The notes beneath the pieces are model-generated. The model did not search any database. It saw only the letters and a program-made list of their open reading frames with translations, and was not told where the DNA came from. From an uncultured Clostridia bacterium (GTDB lineage Bacteria > Bacillota > Clostridia > Oscillospirales > Acutalibacteraceae): a DNA stretch of 64,000 bases. The DNA lies in assembly GCA_947623175.1 (NCBI GenBank), contig CANQGK010000003.1, forward strand, positions 9,667-73,666, written 5' to 3'. Of this stretch, positions 1-9,918 are shown in pieces. Each line of letters opens with the position of its first letter. Position 1 is the stretch's first letter. The position numbers were made by a program, and so were the translations under genes.

Positions 1-957
1 CCTACAATGCCTGTAGTTGATATGCCTGCTATAAACTTCTTTTGAACAAAAGAATAAAATATGATTAAAGGTATTAAAAATACAAGACACGCCGCTATAA
101 TTACGTATTTTGCTATCATATCGGTACCGTTATCGATATAATAACTCATAATACTGCTCAGACTGTACCTGAAACGGTTAAGCATAACGCTGAGCGGCAG
201 ATTTTCGGAAAGATATATCTGCGGCAAATAATAATCGCTGTAATTGTAAATTACCGAAAAGATCAAAACGGTAACCGCCGCCGAACCGGACGAGGGAACG
301 ATTATTCGCACAAAGGTTTTCCAAGGACCCGCGCCGTCGATCCAGGCGGCTTCCTCGAGCTCCTTAGGAAGGCCTTTGAAAAACTGCGTATATATGTATA
401 TATAAAGTCCGCTTTTAAACCCTACGCCGAAAATAGCCGGCAGGTAAAAAGCCAGCGGCGAATCGGTAATACTCGGCCGCAAATCTATACCGGAAATTTT
501 TTTAAAAAGCCCCAATATCCCCAAAAAGTCCATATGCTGAAAATTCACGTAAGTCGGAATAATCAACATCGTAACCGGAACGAGAATATTCAAAAACATA
601 ATCGCCGATAAAATGGTTCTGCCGCGAAATTTAAACCGTGCAAGGCCGTAGGCGTAAACCGCACAGCTGCAAAACTGTATCAAGGCCGGTATAATTCCCA
701 CAATCAGGGTGTTTTTAAGGGAGCTCCAATACTCCATAGACTGCAGCGCCGCTTTTAAATTGTCCAAAACGAATTTTTTCGGAATCCACTCAACCGTAGG
801 ATCGTAAAAATCCGACACACTTTTAAAGGAAGTAGAAAGGATGTAAATAAAGGGATAGAGCAAAATATAACCGAAGGTAATAAGAAATATATATTGTACG
901 AGTGTTGTTATGATTTTTTCCGATGCACTTTTTTTGATATATTTTATCTTTCGCATC
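1..957 (-). CDS. carbohydrate ABC transporter permease (3' part cut by the window edge)
   Basis: Absent from the ORF track because it runs off the left edge. Translating the reverse strand from the ATG at 955-957 gives MRKIKYIKKSASEKIITTLVQYIFLITFGYILLYPFIYILSTSFKSVSDFYDPTVEWIPKKF...YAYGLARFKFRGR, a typical MalG-like sugar permease N-terminus. It lies 11 nt downstream of nagA. Confidence 0.75.
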
Positions 958-968
958 CTAACACTCCT

Positions 969-2180
969 TTACAGCGCCGTATTATCGGCGTTTTTCGGAT
1001 CGGATAATCCGTATAGGTCAATTCCGCCCGCTATTACTCTTTTAAGGTTAAGCTCCCGGTCAAAAACCGCAAGATCCGCATCCCTGCCCTTTTCGACAGC
1101 GCCCTTGTTTTTAATTCCGATAAAGTTAAGCGGCGTTGCCGAAAGCATTTTGGAGGCTGTGACAATGTCAATGCCGTAAACTCCCACAAGCACCTTAAAG
1201 CATCTGTCCATAGTGGCGATACTTCCCGCAAACGACGACATATCCGTAAGCTTTGCGACGCCGTCGTCCACGATTACGTCGGTACCTTTTTCGAGACTGC
1301 CCAATTTTCCGCTTTTGGCGTCGGTTCCGGCGATACGCATACCGTCCGTAATTCCCATTACCTTGTCGACGCCCTTTATTTTAAGCGCCAACCGCAAAAC
1401 ATCCCGCGGAATATGCCTGCCGTCGCAAATAAGCTCTACCGCAACCGCGTCGTTGAGATACGCCGCCTCGACAACTCCGGCGAGCACCTTCTGCCCTTCC
1501 TTTCGGTAGCCGGTAACCGCATTGTAAAAATGGGTTACATGCGAAAAGCCGTTTTCTATTCCCGCCTGCGCATGCTCGCTTGTGGCGGCGGAATGGGCTA
1601 TCGAACAGATAATGCCGTTTTCTTTACACTTTTTTGCGAAGATATCCGAGCCTTCAAGCTCGGGAGCGGCGTCCCATCTGAGAAGACAGCCGTCCGCCGC
1701 CTTAATAAGCCTATCGATTTCGGCTTCGTCGGGCAGCCGCAAAACGTCGCCCGGCTGTGCGCCGCTGCTTTTTGCATTTGCCCCCGAAAGATATGGGCCC
1801 TCGAAGTGAACGCCGGGAGCAACCGCTGAATATTTACTCTTTGCTTTAAAGCGCTTAAAAGCGTCTAAAAATTTTAATAAATCCGTTTCCGTCGCTGACA
1901 TGGCGGTCGGCAAAAGGGTGGTGGTTCCATGTTTTAAATGAGTCTTTACCGCTGTTTCGAAGGCTTCGGGTGTGGCGTCCATAAAATCCGCTCCCCCGCC
2001 CCCGTGAACATGAAGGTCGGCAAAGCCCGGAACAAGATAATCGCCGCCTATATCGATTACGTTGCCGTAAGAGGCGTTGTAATACGGATCCGCAATTTTA
2101 CCGTCCTCTATTAAAACGTCGGTCAGGCGCACCCCGTCCGGAAATACGGCGTTTGCGTTTTTTATCAGCAGTCCGCCCAT
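969..2180 (-). CDS. nagA: N-acetylglucosamine-6-phosphate deacetylase
   Basis: 403 aa with the DLHVHGGGGADFMD metal-binding motif and overall NagA-like sequence. Its start overlaps the upstream gene's stop by 1 nt (TAATG). Confidence 0.9.
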   Translation of the reverse strand: MGGLLIKNANAVFPDGVRLTDVLIEDGKIADPYYNASYGNVIDIGGDYLVPGFADLHVHGGGGADFMDATPEAFETAVKTHLKHGTTTLLPTAMSATETDLLKFLDAFKRFKAKSKYSAVAPGVHFEGPYLSGANAKSSGAQPGDVLRLPDEAEIDRLIKAADGCLLRWDAAPELEGSDIFAKKCKENGIICSIAHSAATSEHAQAGIENGFSHVTHFYNAVTGYRKEGQKVLAGVVEAAYLNDAVAVELICDGRHIPRDVLRLALKIKGVDKVMGITDGMRIAGTDAKSGKLGSLEKGTDVIVDDGVAKLTDMSSFAGSIATMDRCFKVLVGVYGIDIVTASKMLSATPLNFIGIKNKGAVEKGRDADLAVFDRELNLKRVIAGGIDLYGLSDPKNADNTAL

Positions 2181-3031
2181 TATTTATTGTAAACTCTGAT
2201 TTCCGGAATCGGGCACTTGGTAGCTTCGGCAAGGGTGTAAATTATCGCGTCCTTGTGGTTTCTGAAAAGCGAACACGGAACCTTTGCGGTAATTTCGCCG
2301 TGCAATATTTTTCTCAGCGCCCCGGCATTCCAATCACGCGGCATTATCATAATAATCTTTTTCGCCTTCATAATTTCCTTCATGCCTACCGTAATGCAAT
2401 ATTGCGGAATACCCTCAAGGTCGGCGCCGCAGTTCATATAAGCGTTGATGGTTTTGGTTTCGCGGCTGATTTTAAGTACGCGGGTAGGTCTGTTTGCAAA
2501 CTCCTCGTTATCGCAAATCTCGTCGGGCTCGGGCGGCTCGTTAAAGGCGTAATGGCCGTTAATGCCCACTCCGCCGAACACCAAATCCAATTTGCCGTAC
2601 TTTTCTATAATTTCCATAACCTTTTCGGGGTGTTCGGGATCGGGGAAAATCCGATTTTCAGGCAAAACGTTGAGCTCTTCGTCGATGACGTTGTAGAAAA
2701 TTCTGTCCATACCTCCGCGGAAGGAAAGCGGATCGGTTTTATCGAGATAAGTCTTATCGTCCTTCAGGTATTCGTCCATATTGATAAATACGCAATTTTT
2801 CAGAGAAATTCTGTATTTATTGACAAGCTCCGCCATCCTGAAATACGGACCTAACGGGCCGTAGGGTACTACCATAACGGTGGGCTCGCCCTTGGCGTTG
2901 TTTTCCTGAATTACGGTGAGGACCTCAATAGCTACCTTCCAATAAATGTCGACCTCCGCTATGGAAACGTCAAGCCTGATACTTGACCCTTCTCCTAACT
3001 TCTCGGGTGCTATAGAATTGTAATTCTTCAT
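2180..3031 (-). CDS. nagB: glucosamine-6-phosphate deaminase/isomerase family protein
   Basis: 283 aa with NagB/6-phosphogluconolactonase-family features (VVPYGPLGPY, INMDEY, GGVGINGHYAFNEP). An AAAGGAG RBS lies 8 nt upstream of the ATG. Confidence 0.8.
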   Translation of the reverse strand: MKNYNSIAPEKLGEGSSIRLDVSIAEVDIYWKVAIEVLTVIQENNAKGEPTVMVVPYGPLGPYFRMAELVNKYRISLKNCVFINMDEYLKDDKTYLDKTDPLSFRGGMDRIFYNVIDEELNVLPENRIFPDPEHPEKVMEIIEKYGKLDLVFGGVGINGHYAFNEPPEPDEICDNEEFANRPTRVLKISRETKTINAYMNCGADLEGIPQYCITVGMKEIMKAKKIIMIMPRDWNAGALRKILHGEITAKVPCSLFRNHKDAIIYTLAEATKCPIPEIRVYNK

Positions 3032-4769
3032 GTGTCTTACTCCTTTGTATATTTTGGGAAATTTCTTGATTTAATTTTTGACGAAATTCGAACATCTGCG
3101 AGTTTGTCGGGCAGAATCGGTAGTTTACTTCACCTATGGTATCCTTTATAAATTCGAGCACCGCTTCTCTGCCTATAAGCGACTCTAACTTTTGCAAAGC
3201 TCTGTAATCGTTAATGCCCTCGTAAAGCACCTTCATCCTCAGCGAAGGAATCGCTTTTCCGCTGGTATCGGGATATACCACGTAGGAAGTGCCGACAAGC
3301 TGATTGTAGCCGCACGGATTGGCTATCGGATTAAAAAGTCCGTGGCTCAAAAAGTCGTAATAGTAGTTGTAACCCCAATGGATAAAGCCCTTTGCGCCGC
3401 CGACGTACATTTGCAGTCCGATGACCCGGTTTCGCGCGGAGGTGGTGGCGATAATTCGGTTCGCGTAACCCTCGGTAAGCTGAGCTCCCGTGTAATATAC
3501 CCAATAATCGTCGCAGTTCTCGACAAATTTATCCATATCCTCCGAGCTTACGATTACTATGGGCTTTTTTACGCTTCCGTTTTTATAACATTCAAAATGC
3601 GAAAGCGCGTCGCCGCACATATAATCCTTAAGCTCCTTTCCCACCGTTTTTTGGGCTTTTTCGTAATACGGCAAAACGTCGACGTTCGGTTCGTCCGAAA
3701 TGTGGAATAATATTTTATCTTCCAAATCCATCTCTTTAAGAAAGCGTTTGAGCTCCTTTAAATAGGATTTTAAAAAGAAAGCGTATTCCTCGCTTGCGGA
3801 ATCGGTATCCCAACCGAATATCCGCTTGTATTCGCCGTCTACCGTCGCCATTATTTTAGGCGCGTGCTTTGCGCCCCACTGTGTAAAGAAATGGCTGTGC
3901 TCAAAATTTTCGATTCCGCATTCGCGGCATATTTCTATGTACTTTTTCATAAGTGAAAAATCGAAAACATACTTTCCGTTTTGGAGGCTTACCGACACAA
4001 GTTGTGCGGTTTTTCGTTCCTCGCCCTCGGATGTGTCGAGCGGAGGGGTAAACGCCGGCAGTAAAATCATATTCATGCCCGTTTTTGCCGCTTCGGTAAC
4101 GAAGGAACGCATTATCGCGAAAAATCTTTCCGAAAAAACCTCTATACCGTATGTATCGGCTATGCAGTCGCAATGAAACCAGGATGTGTAATAAAGCGAC
4201 TGCTTAGGCAGCTCGCCGTCTATCACTTCAAGCTTAAGAGCTTCCTCTCCTATACATGCGCGATCCTTTGAGTCGAAAAAAAGCACTTTTATATTATATT
4301 TTCCGGCTTTTATTTTTTCCCCGTTCTCATTTACCGTAAACCAGAGGGATTGATAAGAGTCTCTCACCGCGCACAAAAGGCATTGCTGATCGCGCTCCAT
4401 CCAGCGCGCTTCCTCAAAAAAACCGCCGTCGGCCACGTCCGATATCTCCGCGTTCGTTTTGCGCTCCAGCAGCATATCCGGGTAAAGCCCGGGAGTCTTT
4501 CTTTCGAAAAAACCGTCCGAATCGGCATAGTCCGCTCGCGTAACGGGCACGTAACCCACCTTATACTGTGAAATAAGGTTTATATCCAAATCGCTTTCCA
4601 CCCGAACGTAAATCGGATTTATACCGTCAAACGCATCGTCGCACTTAAAAGCCACCTGGAACGAAAACGGCTCGTTGCGCATTGTCGAAGCGGAAGTGAT
4701 TTTTTCTCCTTTGAACCCGTCCGGGAATATTTTAACCAAAGAAGATAAAAGTTCGGTCTTTAATTTCAT
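2970..4769 (-). CDS. DUF4091 domain-containing (glycoside-hydrolase-like) protein
   Basis: 599 aa. The N-terminus MKLKTELLSSLVKIFPDG...NEPFSFQVAFKC is typical of DUF4091 proteins. The reading frame overlaps the nagB start by 62 nt. Confidence 0.7.
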   Translation of the reverse strand: MKLKTELLSSLVKIFPDGFKGEKITSASTMRNEPFSFQVAFKCDDAFDGINPIYVRVESDLDINLISQYKVGYVPVTRADYADSDGFFERKTPGLYPDMLLERKTNAEISDVADGGFFEEARWMERDQQCLLCAVRDSYQSLWFTVNENGEKIKAGKYNIKVLFFDSKDRACIGEEALKLEVIDGELPKQSLYYTSWFHCDCIADTYGIEVFSERFFAIMRSFVTEAAKTGMNMILLPAFTPPLDTSEGEERKTAQLVSVSLQNGKYVFDFSLMKKYIEICRECGIENFEHSHFFTQWGAKHAPKIMATVDGEYKRIFGWDTDSASEEYAFFLKSYLKELKRFLKEMDLEDKILFHISDEPNVDVLPYYEKAQKTVGKELKDYMCGDALSHFECYKNGSVKKPIVIVSSEDMDKFVENCDDYWVYYTGAQLTEGYANRIIATTSARNRVIGLQMYVGGAKGFIHWGYNYYYDFLSHGLFNPIANPCGYNQLVGTSYVVYPDTSGKAIPSLRMKVLYEGINDYRALQKLESLIGREAVLEFIKDTIGEVNYRFCPTNSQMFEFRQKLNQEISQNIQRSKTHEELQFYSTREVRRRVKYQA

Positions 4770-4923
4770 TAACTATAACCAACTCTCGGCTTTATTTTTA
4801 CATTCTCAGTATAACATTTAACATATTGTATTTCAATTGCCAATATCGACTAATATTTGTACAATATCGATTTTTATTGACTTTATACGCGATATGTTAT
4901 ATTATTTAAACGAGGTGATAAAG

Positions 4924-5736
4924 ATGCCGAATTTGACATACACGTCCGAACAGAAATATAACGGGTATTTGCGCGTCAATTCATGCGGAAAGCAGTGGCT
5001 TTACGAACGTGATTACGATATCGACCTGCCGGACGGACGGATAGATTATACGATCCGATACACGCTTAAGGGGTTGGGGCATTGCGAAATCGACGGCGTC
5101 GGCGTTCCGGTAGGCGAAGGCAGTCTCGCCCTTTATTTTCCCGGAGTACGACAGTGCTACAATTTTAAAAAGAGCAATAAAACCGTAATACTGTGGGCGC
5201 ATTTCAGCGGCACGGAATGCGATTTGCTTCAAAACGTCATTCCCAAAACGCCCGCGGTCATAAAAATACAGGACCGCAAGGAATTTGAGTCGGCTTTTGA
5301 AAAAATGATTGTCGCGCATTATAAAAAGAACGCCTTTTCCGATACTCTCAAAAGCGGATATATGGACGTGATGATCTCACTTATAGGGCAAAGCAATATT
5401 ATTACCGACAACAGCAATCTTTCAAAAAACGAAAATCTGGAAAAAGTGCTGTCCTTAATGCACAACAATTACAACGAGCCTATAAACATTAAGAAGTATG
5501 CCGAAATCTGCTGTGTGAGCGAGGATCATTTTATCCGCATGTTCAAAAGCTATACGGGGCTTCCGCCTTATAACTATCAGCTTAAAATCCGGATCGACCA
5601 CGCCATAGAGATGCTCGAAAACACGCCCTTTAACATAAGCGACTGCGCCGAGACCGTCGGTTTTGCCGACGCCGCCTATTTCAGCAAGATTTTCAAGCGC
5701 TTTACCGGTCATCCGCCGTCGTACTATAAAAAATAA
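4924..5736 (+). CDS. AraC family transcriptional regulator
   Basis: C-terminal AraC-type double HTH (YAEICCVSEDHFIRMFK...ISDCAETVGFADAAYFSKIFKRFTGHPPS). Start chosen at the Met preceded by GAGGTGA; the tracked ORF starts earlier, at 4837. Confidence 0.85.
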   Translation: MPNLTYTSEQKYNGYLRVNSCGKQWLYERDYDIDLPDGRIDYTIRYTLKGLGHCEIDGVGVPVGEGSLALYFPGVRQCYNFKKSNKTVILWAHFSGTECDLLQNVIPKTPAVIKIQDRKEFESAFEKMIVAHYKKNAFSDTLKSGYMDVMISLIGQSNIITDNSNLSKNENLEKVLSLMHNNYNEPINIKKYAEICCVSEDHFIRMFKSYTGLPPYNYQLKIRIDHAIEMLENTPFNISDCAETVGFADAAYFSKIFKRFTGHPPSYYKK

Positions 5737-5768
5737 GCAGCCGGTTATCGACTGCTTATTTTTTTATT
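5735..5768. terminator. hairpin plus T-run between convergent genes
   Basis: aagcag-N11-ctgctt followed by attttttt. It sits between the convergent AraC and dehydrogenase genes. Confidence 0.5.
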
Positions 5769-5793
5769 GTCATTTTTTGATTTTCCGAAAAGC

Positions 5794-6888
5794 TTATTTT
5801 ACCAATAAGGTTTTGATATTGTTCTTATTTCTTGCGTCGGCAAAGGCTTCGTTGATTTGATCTATCGTATATTTGTTGCCGAGCTTTAGAATAGTGGGGT
5901 GCAAATTGGGATTGGCGCAAAGGAAATCCAGATAAGTCTTTACGTCGGATACCGAATATTGCGAAGAACCGATGATATGCAGCGCCTTAAAGGTGATCAT
6001 CTGAGGTTGAATTTCAATTCCGCCGGAGTTGCTGTACTGACCGGGTACCAAATATACGCCGCGGTTGCGCAGAATATCCATGCCCTGTACCACCGCCTGC
6101 GGCGCGCCCGAAGCTTCAAAGCACAAATCCACGCCGAGACCGTCGTTTTCCTTTTGGAGCGCTTTGGTAATATCCGCCGCGCTTTCGCGGGTTAAATCGT
6201 AAATGCAGTCCGCGCCGAGCGCCTTCGCTTCTTCTTTGCCGTTGTCGCCCGCGGTAATTACACAGACCTTTTTAACCCCGATTTTTTTAAGATACATAAC
6301 GGCAAAACAGCCTACGGGGCCCAGACCCTGCACTACCGCGACGCCTATTTTCGAAAAATCCACTCCGGCAAGAGTCGCCAATTTGCAGGCATGGATAGCC
6401 GTAGGTCCGGGGCAGGCAAAAATCGTCGTCATAACCGGATCCAATTCATCCGGAATTTTAATCAAATTGGCAAGCGGCGTATAGTTTACCTCGGTATATC
6501 CGCCGTAAAGGTATGGCGCTTCCTCGATGCTTCTGCCGTTTGTCACCTGCATATTAACGCAGTTCGCGTCGTCGCCCGTTTTACAAAGCAGGCACTCTCC
6601 GCAGGGCACCGCAATATCGGCAAGCACCGCGTCGCCTGCCTTTAACCCGTATTTTTTGCCTTCCTTCTCATCCAAATCGGTAAGTCTCCCCACAAATTCA
6701 TGTCCGATTATCGAGGGCGCCTCCACCGCGAGCTTGCCCCTGTGCATATGAACGTCAGTTCCGCATATTCCGCTGGCGATAAGCTCTGAGCGCCCGTAGC
6801 CCTTCGGTGTTGCCGTAACCTCAAATTCGCGCACCTCAAAATCCTTTTCAGGGCCCATAAATACTGCTGCTTTTGCTTTCATCTTCAT
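5794..6888 (-). CDS. zinc-dependent alcohol dehydrogenase (MDR superfamily)
   Basis: 364 aa with GICGTDVH, GHEFVG, the structural-zinc Cys cluster CGECLLCKTGDDANC, and the GLGPVG Rossmann motif. Confidence 0.85.
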   Translation of the reverse strand: MKMKAKAAVFMGPEKDFEVREFEVTATPKGYGRSELIASGICGTDVHMHRGKLAVEAPSIIGHEFVGRLTDLDEKEGKKYGLKAGDAVLADIAVPCGECLLCKTGDDANCVNMQVTNGRSIEEAPYLYGGYTEVNYTPLANLIKIPDELDPVMTTIFACPGPTAIHACKLATLAGVDFSKIGVAVVQGLGPVGCFAVMYLKKIGVKKVCVITAGDNGKEEAKALGADCIYDLTRESAADITKALQKENDGLGVDLCFEASGAPQAVVQGMDILRNRGVYLVPGQYSNSGGIEIQPQMITFKALHIIGSSQYSVSDVKTYLDFLCANPNLHPTILKLGNKYTIDQINEAFADARNKNNIKTLLVK

Positions 6889-6893
6889 TTCTC

Positions 6894-7658
6894 CTATTCT
6901 ACTGTTGTATTAAAATATTTTGAAAATATCCGTTTGATTTCTTCAATTTCCTCCGCCGTCTGCGGGGTAACGTTTTCGTACTCATAGGTAAGTCCGAGCG
7001 CCTTGTATTTTCCGCTTCCCATTCGGTGAAACGGAATTAAGTCCACCGTATTTACCCCGAGAGCTTCAAGCGTTCGGCAGATATTGCGCAACTCGGACTT
7101 ATGCGTATTAAAATCCGGAATAAGCGGGATCCTTATACGCAGGTACATCCCGTCGCCGATGAGTTTTTTGATATTATTCCGAATAAGACTCAAATCGCCG
7201 CCTATACGGGCGTACTTTTCACTCTCGTCGGTCTTGTAATCAAAAAGATAACCGTCGACGTATGGGTTTACCTTTTTAAAGGCGTCGTAGGGCAGATTGC
7301 CCGCAGTGTCTATAAATACCGAAACGCCGTTTTGCTGCAATTTTTCGGCAAGCTCCTTAACGCCGTCGGCTTGAAGCATCGCTTCTCCCCCGCTTATCGT
7401 CGCCCCGCCGCCGCTTTCGTCATAAAAGCATTTATCGGCAAGCAGGTTTTCGACAATTTCCTCTACGGTGAGCCGTTTGCCGCAAATTTCCTCTTTATTG
7501 AGATTTTCGTAACGTAAAATCTGCGGCTGTGTCGACAAAGTTTCGGGATTGTGGCACCACGGACAGCGCAGGTTACAGCCCTTTAAAAAAACCGTTGTGC
7601 GAATACCCGGCCCGTCGCCGACCGAAAAATGCTGTATGTTGGATAGGTTAAGCTCCAT
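6894..7658 (-). CDS. glycyl-radical enzyme activating protein (radical SAM)
   Basis: 254 aa. The N-terminal GPGIRTTVFLKGCNLRCPWCHNPE contains the CX3CX2C motif. It lies directly downstream of a glycyl radical enzyme gene. Confidence 0.9.
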   Translation of the reverse strand: MELNLSNIQHFSVGDGPGIRTTVFLKGCNLRCPWCHNPETLSTQPQILRYENLNKEEICGKRLTVEEIVENLLADKCFYDESGGGATISGGEAMLQADGVKELAEKLQQNGVSVFIDTAGNLPYDAFKKVNPYVDGYLFDYKTDESEKYARIGGDLSLIRNNIKKLIGDGMYLRIRIPLIPDFNTHKSELRNICRTLEALGVNTVDLIPFHRMGSGKYKALGLTYEYENVTPQTAEEIEEIKRIFSKYFNTTVE

Positions 7659-7667
7659 ATCGCCACC

Positions 7668-9776
7668 TTACGACTGTTGGGTGCGCTCAAGGATATCAAG
7701 CTGAATCCCTTTTCTCAGCGTTACGTAAAAAGCGGAAAATCCCGAAACGCGCACAACTAAATTTTGGTATTTTTCCGGATGAGCCATAGCGTCTATAAGC
7801 ACCTCGCGGGAGGTTGCGTTTATCTGCATTTCCTGTCCGCCCTTTTTAAAGTATGTTTTTACGAGCGCCAGCAGCTTTTCGCGCTTGCCGTCCTTGAACA
7901 TGGAGGGTGAGAATTTCTGATTAACCACCGTTCCGCTTGCAACCTTTATATAGTCGGGCTTTGTAACGCTGTTTACGGTGCCTGTGGCGCCGCAGGTATC
8001 TTTACCGTAAGTGGGCGACGCCGCGTCGGACAAAGGCTCCCCGCGCTTTCTGCCGTCGGGGGTTGCGTTTATAACCGCTCCCGCGTAAATATTGTTTGTA
8101 TTCGCCGCTATGGCTACGTAAATTCCGCCGCCGTCATGCGTTTTATACCGTGTAAAAAGCGAGCTCAAATAATCCACGAACCAAACCGCGTATTTATCGA
8201 CGAAATTATCGTTGTTGCCGTATTTGGGAGCGGCAAGCAGCTTTGCGCGCAGTTCCTCGTACCCTTCGAAATTGCTGTTTAAAGCGTCACGAAGCTCCGA
8301 AAGCGTAGCCTCTTTATCGATAAATACCACTTTTTCTATCGCCGCCAACGAATCGCTCGTAGTGCCGACCCCCATAAGCGCCACGCCGTGTACCGACGGA
8401 TAAATACTGCCGCCGTCGTTTATATCAAGTCCGCGGCCTATGCAGTCATAGCAAAAGCAGGATAAAAACGGCTGCTTGTAATACTTGGGATTTAGGTTGT
8501 TGTTGCTGTTGTTAAACCAAGCGATGTAGGTATCTGCGCCATGCTTTAGCTGTTTTTCGAACCTGTCCATAAATTCGTCCATGGTTTTAATTTCGCTTAT
8601 ATCGCCGAGCGCCGGGCCTACCGAGCCGTTGACGGCGCTTACGCCGTTATTGAATAGGTAATCGAAAAATTTCGGCGTGTCGAACCGCCCGTCCGACCAG
8701 GGCGGCTGTTTGCCGGACATGAAATTTTCGATGCAGCCGACCATGGAGTAATTGTAAACGTCCTCGTCGGCGTAACCGTAACGCTTAAGCGCCGCGATAT
8801 TTACGCAGTCGTTCATAAGCGCGGGATAGCCTATTCCCGTACCTATAGACTTAAGGCAGGCGTCCAAAAATTCGTCCGGCGTGTCGGGCGTAATGCGTGC
8901 CGACAGGTTAGGCCCGGGTACGGCGCAATTGCGAACGGCGTCCAGAATGCAAAAGCTCAGCTCGTTTACCTGACATTTTTCGTTTACGTTCATGCCGCCT
9001 ATACATATATTGGCAACGTCCTTGTTTTCCAATTTTATAAAGCAGTTTTCGAGCAATTCTACCGCCCGCTCCTTGGTTAAGAGCCCCGCTTTGACGTCTT
9101 TTTCGTAAAAGGGATACAGGTATTGATCCATGCGTCCGAACGCCATAGCGTACCGGTCCTCCAAAATAAAGGCGGTATAACAGAGCCAAACGAGCTGGAG
9201 CGCTTCGGCGAAGCTCTGCGGCGCGCCGACGGCCAGCGCCTTACAGTTTTTCGCGATAAAATCGAGCCTTTCGTCGTCATATCCCGCTTCGCCCTTGTGA
9301 GCCTCGGCAGCCGCGGCGTAACGGCTTATCATTTGCAAAAAGCCCTCGAGGGTACGCTTCATCGCTTCCAGGGTTTCGACCTTTTCGGGATCGGACTTGT
9401 GCTTCTCGAGCGATAATTCGATCTCCTTTATCAAGCCGGGAACGCCGACTGCGAGGGTGTGCTCATAATTCGGAGTGTAGTGGTCGAGATTGGTCAGAAA
9501 ATCCCGCTCGCCGTACTGCTTGGTTATGGATTTTGCGTAGGAAAAAAGCGGCTCTTCTGCTTCCGTCCACAAGCAAAACTCGTTTCCCGCGATAATTTCA
9601 TGCGGGTATACGCGCGGTTCCGGCTCGGTAAAGAGTGAAAAAATCGCATTTGCCCGCGCCGCGGTTATGGGCGCCGCAGGATCTGCGGAATAGCCGAGAT
9701 AGCGAAAATAAAAAGACGCTCTTTTCCCCGGGGGCAGTATTGCGAGTTCTTTTCGTAAATTTTCGAACAGCTTCAT
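7668..9776 (-). CDS. glycyl radical enzyme (PFL-like superfamily, single-Cys GCxE eliminase/dehydratase type), substrate unknown
   Basis: The C-terminal VVRVSGFSAFYVTL is the glycine-radical motif. The Cys loop MVGCIENF has one Cys followed by Glu at +2. Start set at MKLFENL (about 702 aa); the tracked ORF extends to 9836. Confidence 0.85.
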   Translation of the reverse strand: MKLFENLRKELAILPPGKRASFYFRYLGYSADPAAPITAARANAIFSLFTEPEPRVYPHEIIAGNEFCLWTEAEEPLFSYAKSITKQYGERDFLTNLDHYTPNYEHTLAVGVPGLIKEIELSLEKHKSDPEKVETLEAMKRTLEGFLQMISRYAAAAEAHKGEAGYDDERLDFIAKNCKALAVGAPQSFAEALQLVWLCYTAFILEDRYAMAFGRMDQYLYPFYEKDVKAGLLTKERAVELLENCFIKLENKDVANICIGGMNVNEKCQVNELSFCILDAVRNCAVPGPNLSARITPDTPDEFLDACLKSIGTGIGYPALMNDCVNIAALKRYGYADEDVYNYSMVGCIENFMSGKQPPWSDGRFDTPKFFDYLFNNGVSAVNGSVGPALGDISEIKTMDEFMDRFEKQLKHGADTYIAWFNNSNNNLNPKYYKQPFLSCFCYDCIGRGLDINDGGSIYPSVHGVALMGVGTTSDSLAAIEKVVFIDKEATLSELRDALNSNFEGYEELRAKLLAAPKYGNNDNFVDKYAVWFVDYLSSLFTRYKTHDGGGIYVAIAANTNNIYAGAVINATPDGRKRGEPLSDAASPTYGKDTCGATGTVNSVTKPDYIKVASGTVVNQKFSPSMFKDGKREKLLALVKTYFKKGGQEMQINATSREVLIDAMAHPEKYQNLVVRVSGFSAFYVTLRKGIQLDILERTQQS

Positions 9777-9855
9777 AATATTCCCTTCTTTCTTAATTTC
9801 CGCTTTCAGTATATTCAAACCTCTGCAAAGTATCAATGCACAAGTTTAATAATTC

Positions 9856-9884
9856 TTGACAAAATTAATATAATAGATTATTAT
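9856..9884 (+). promoter_or_regulatory. putative sigma-A promoter of the second AraC gene
   Basis: TTGACA, 17-nt spacer, TATTAT, about 35 nt upstream of the 9919 start. Confidence 0.4.
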
Positions 9885-9918
9885 AAAACCATACCCACAC
9901 AAAAACGGAGGCGAAAAA

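Noticed and set aside
2153-2854. A 233-aa plus-strand ORF opposite nagB.
   Set aside because: It is an antisense shadow of a conserved gene.
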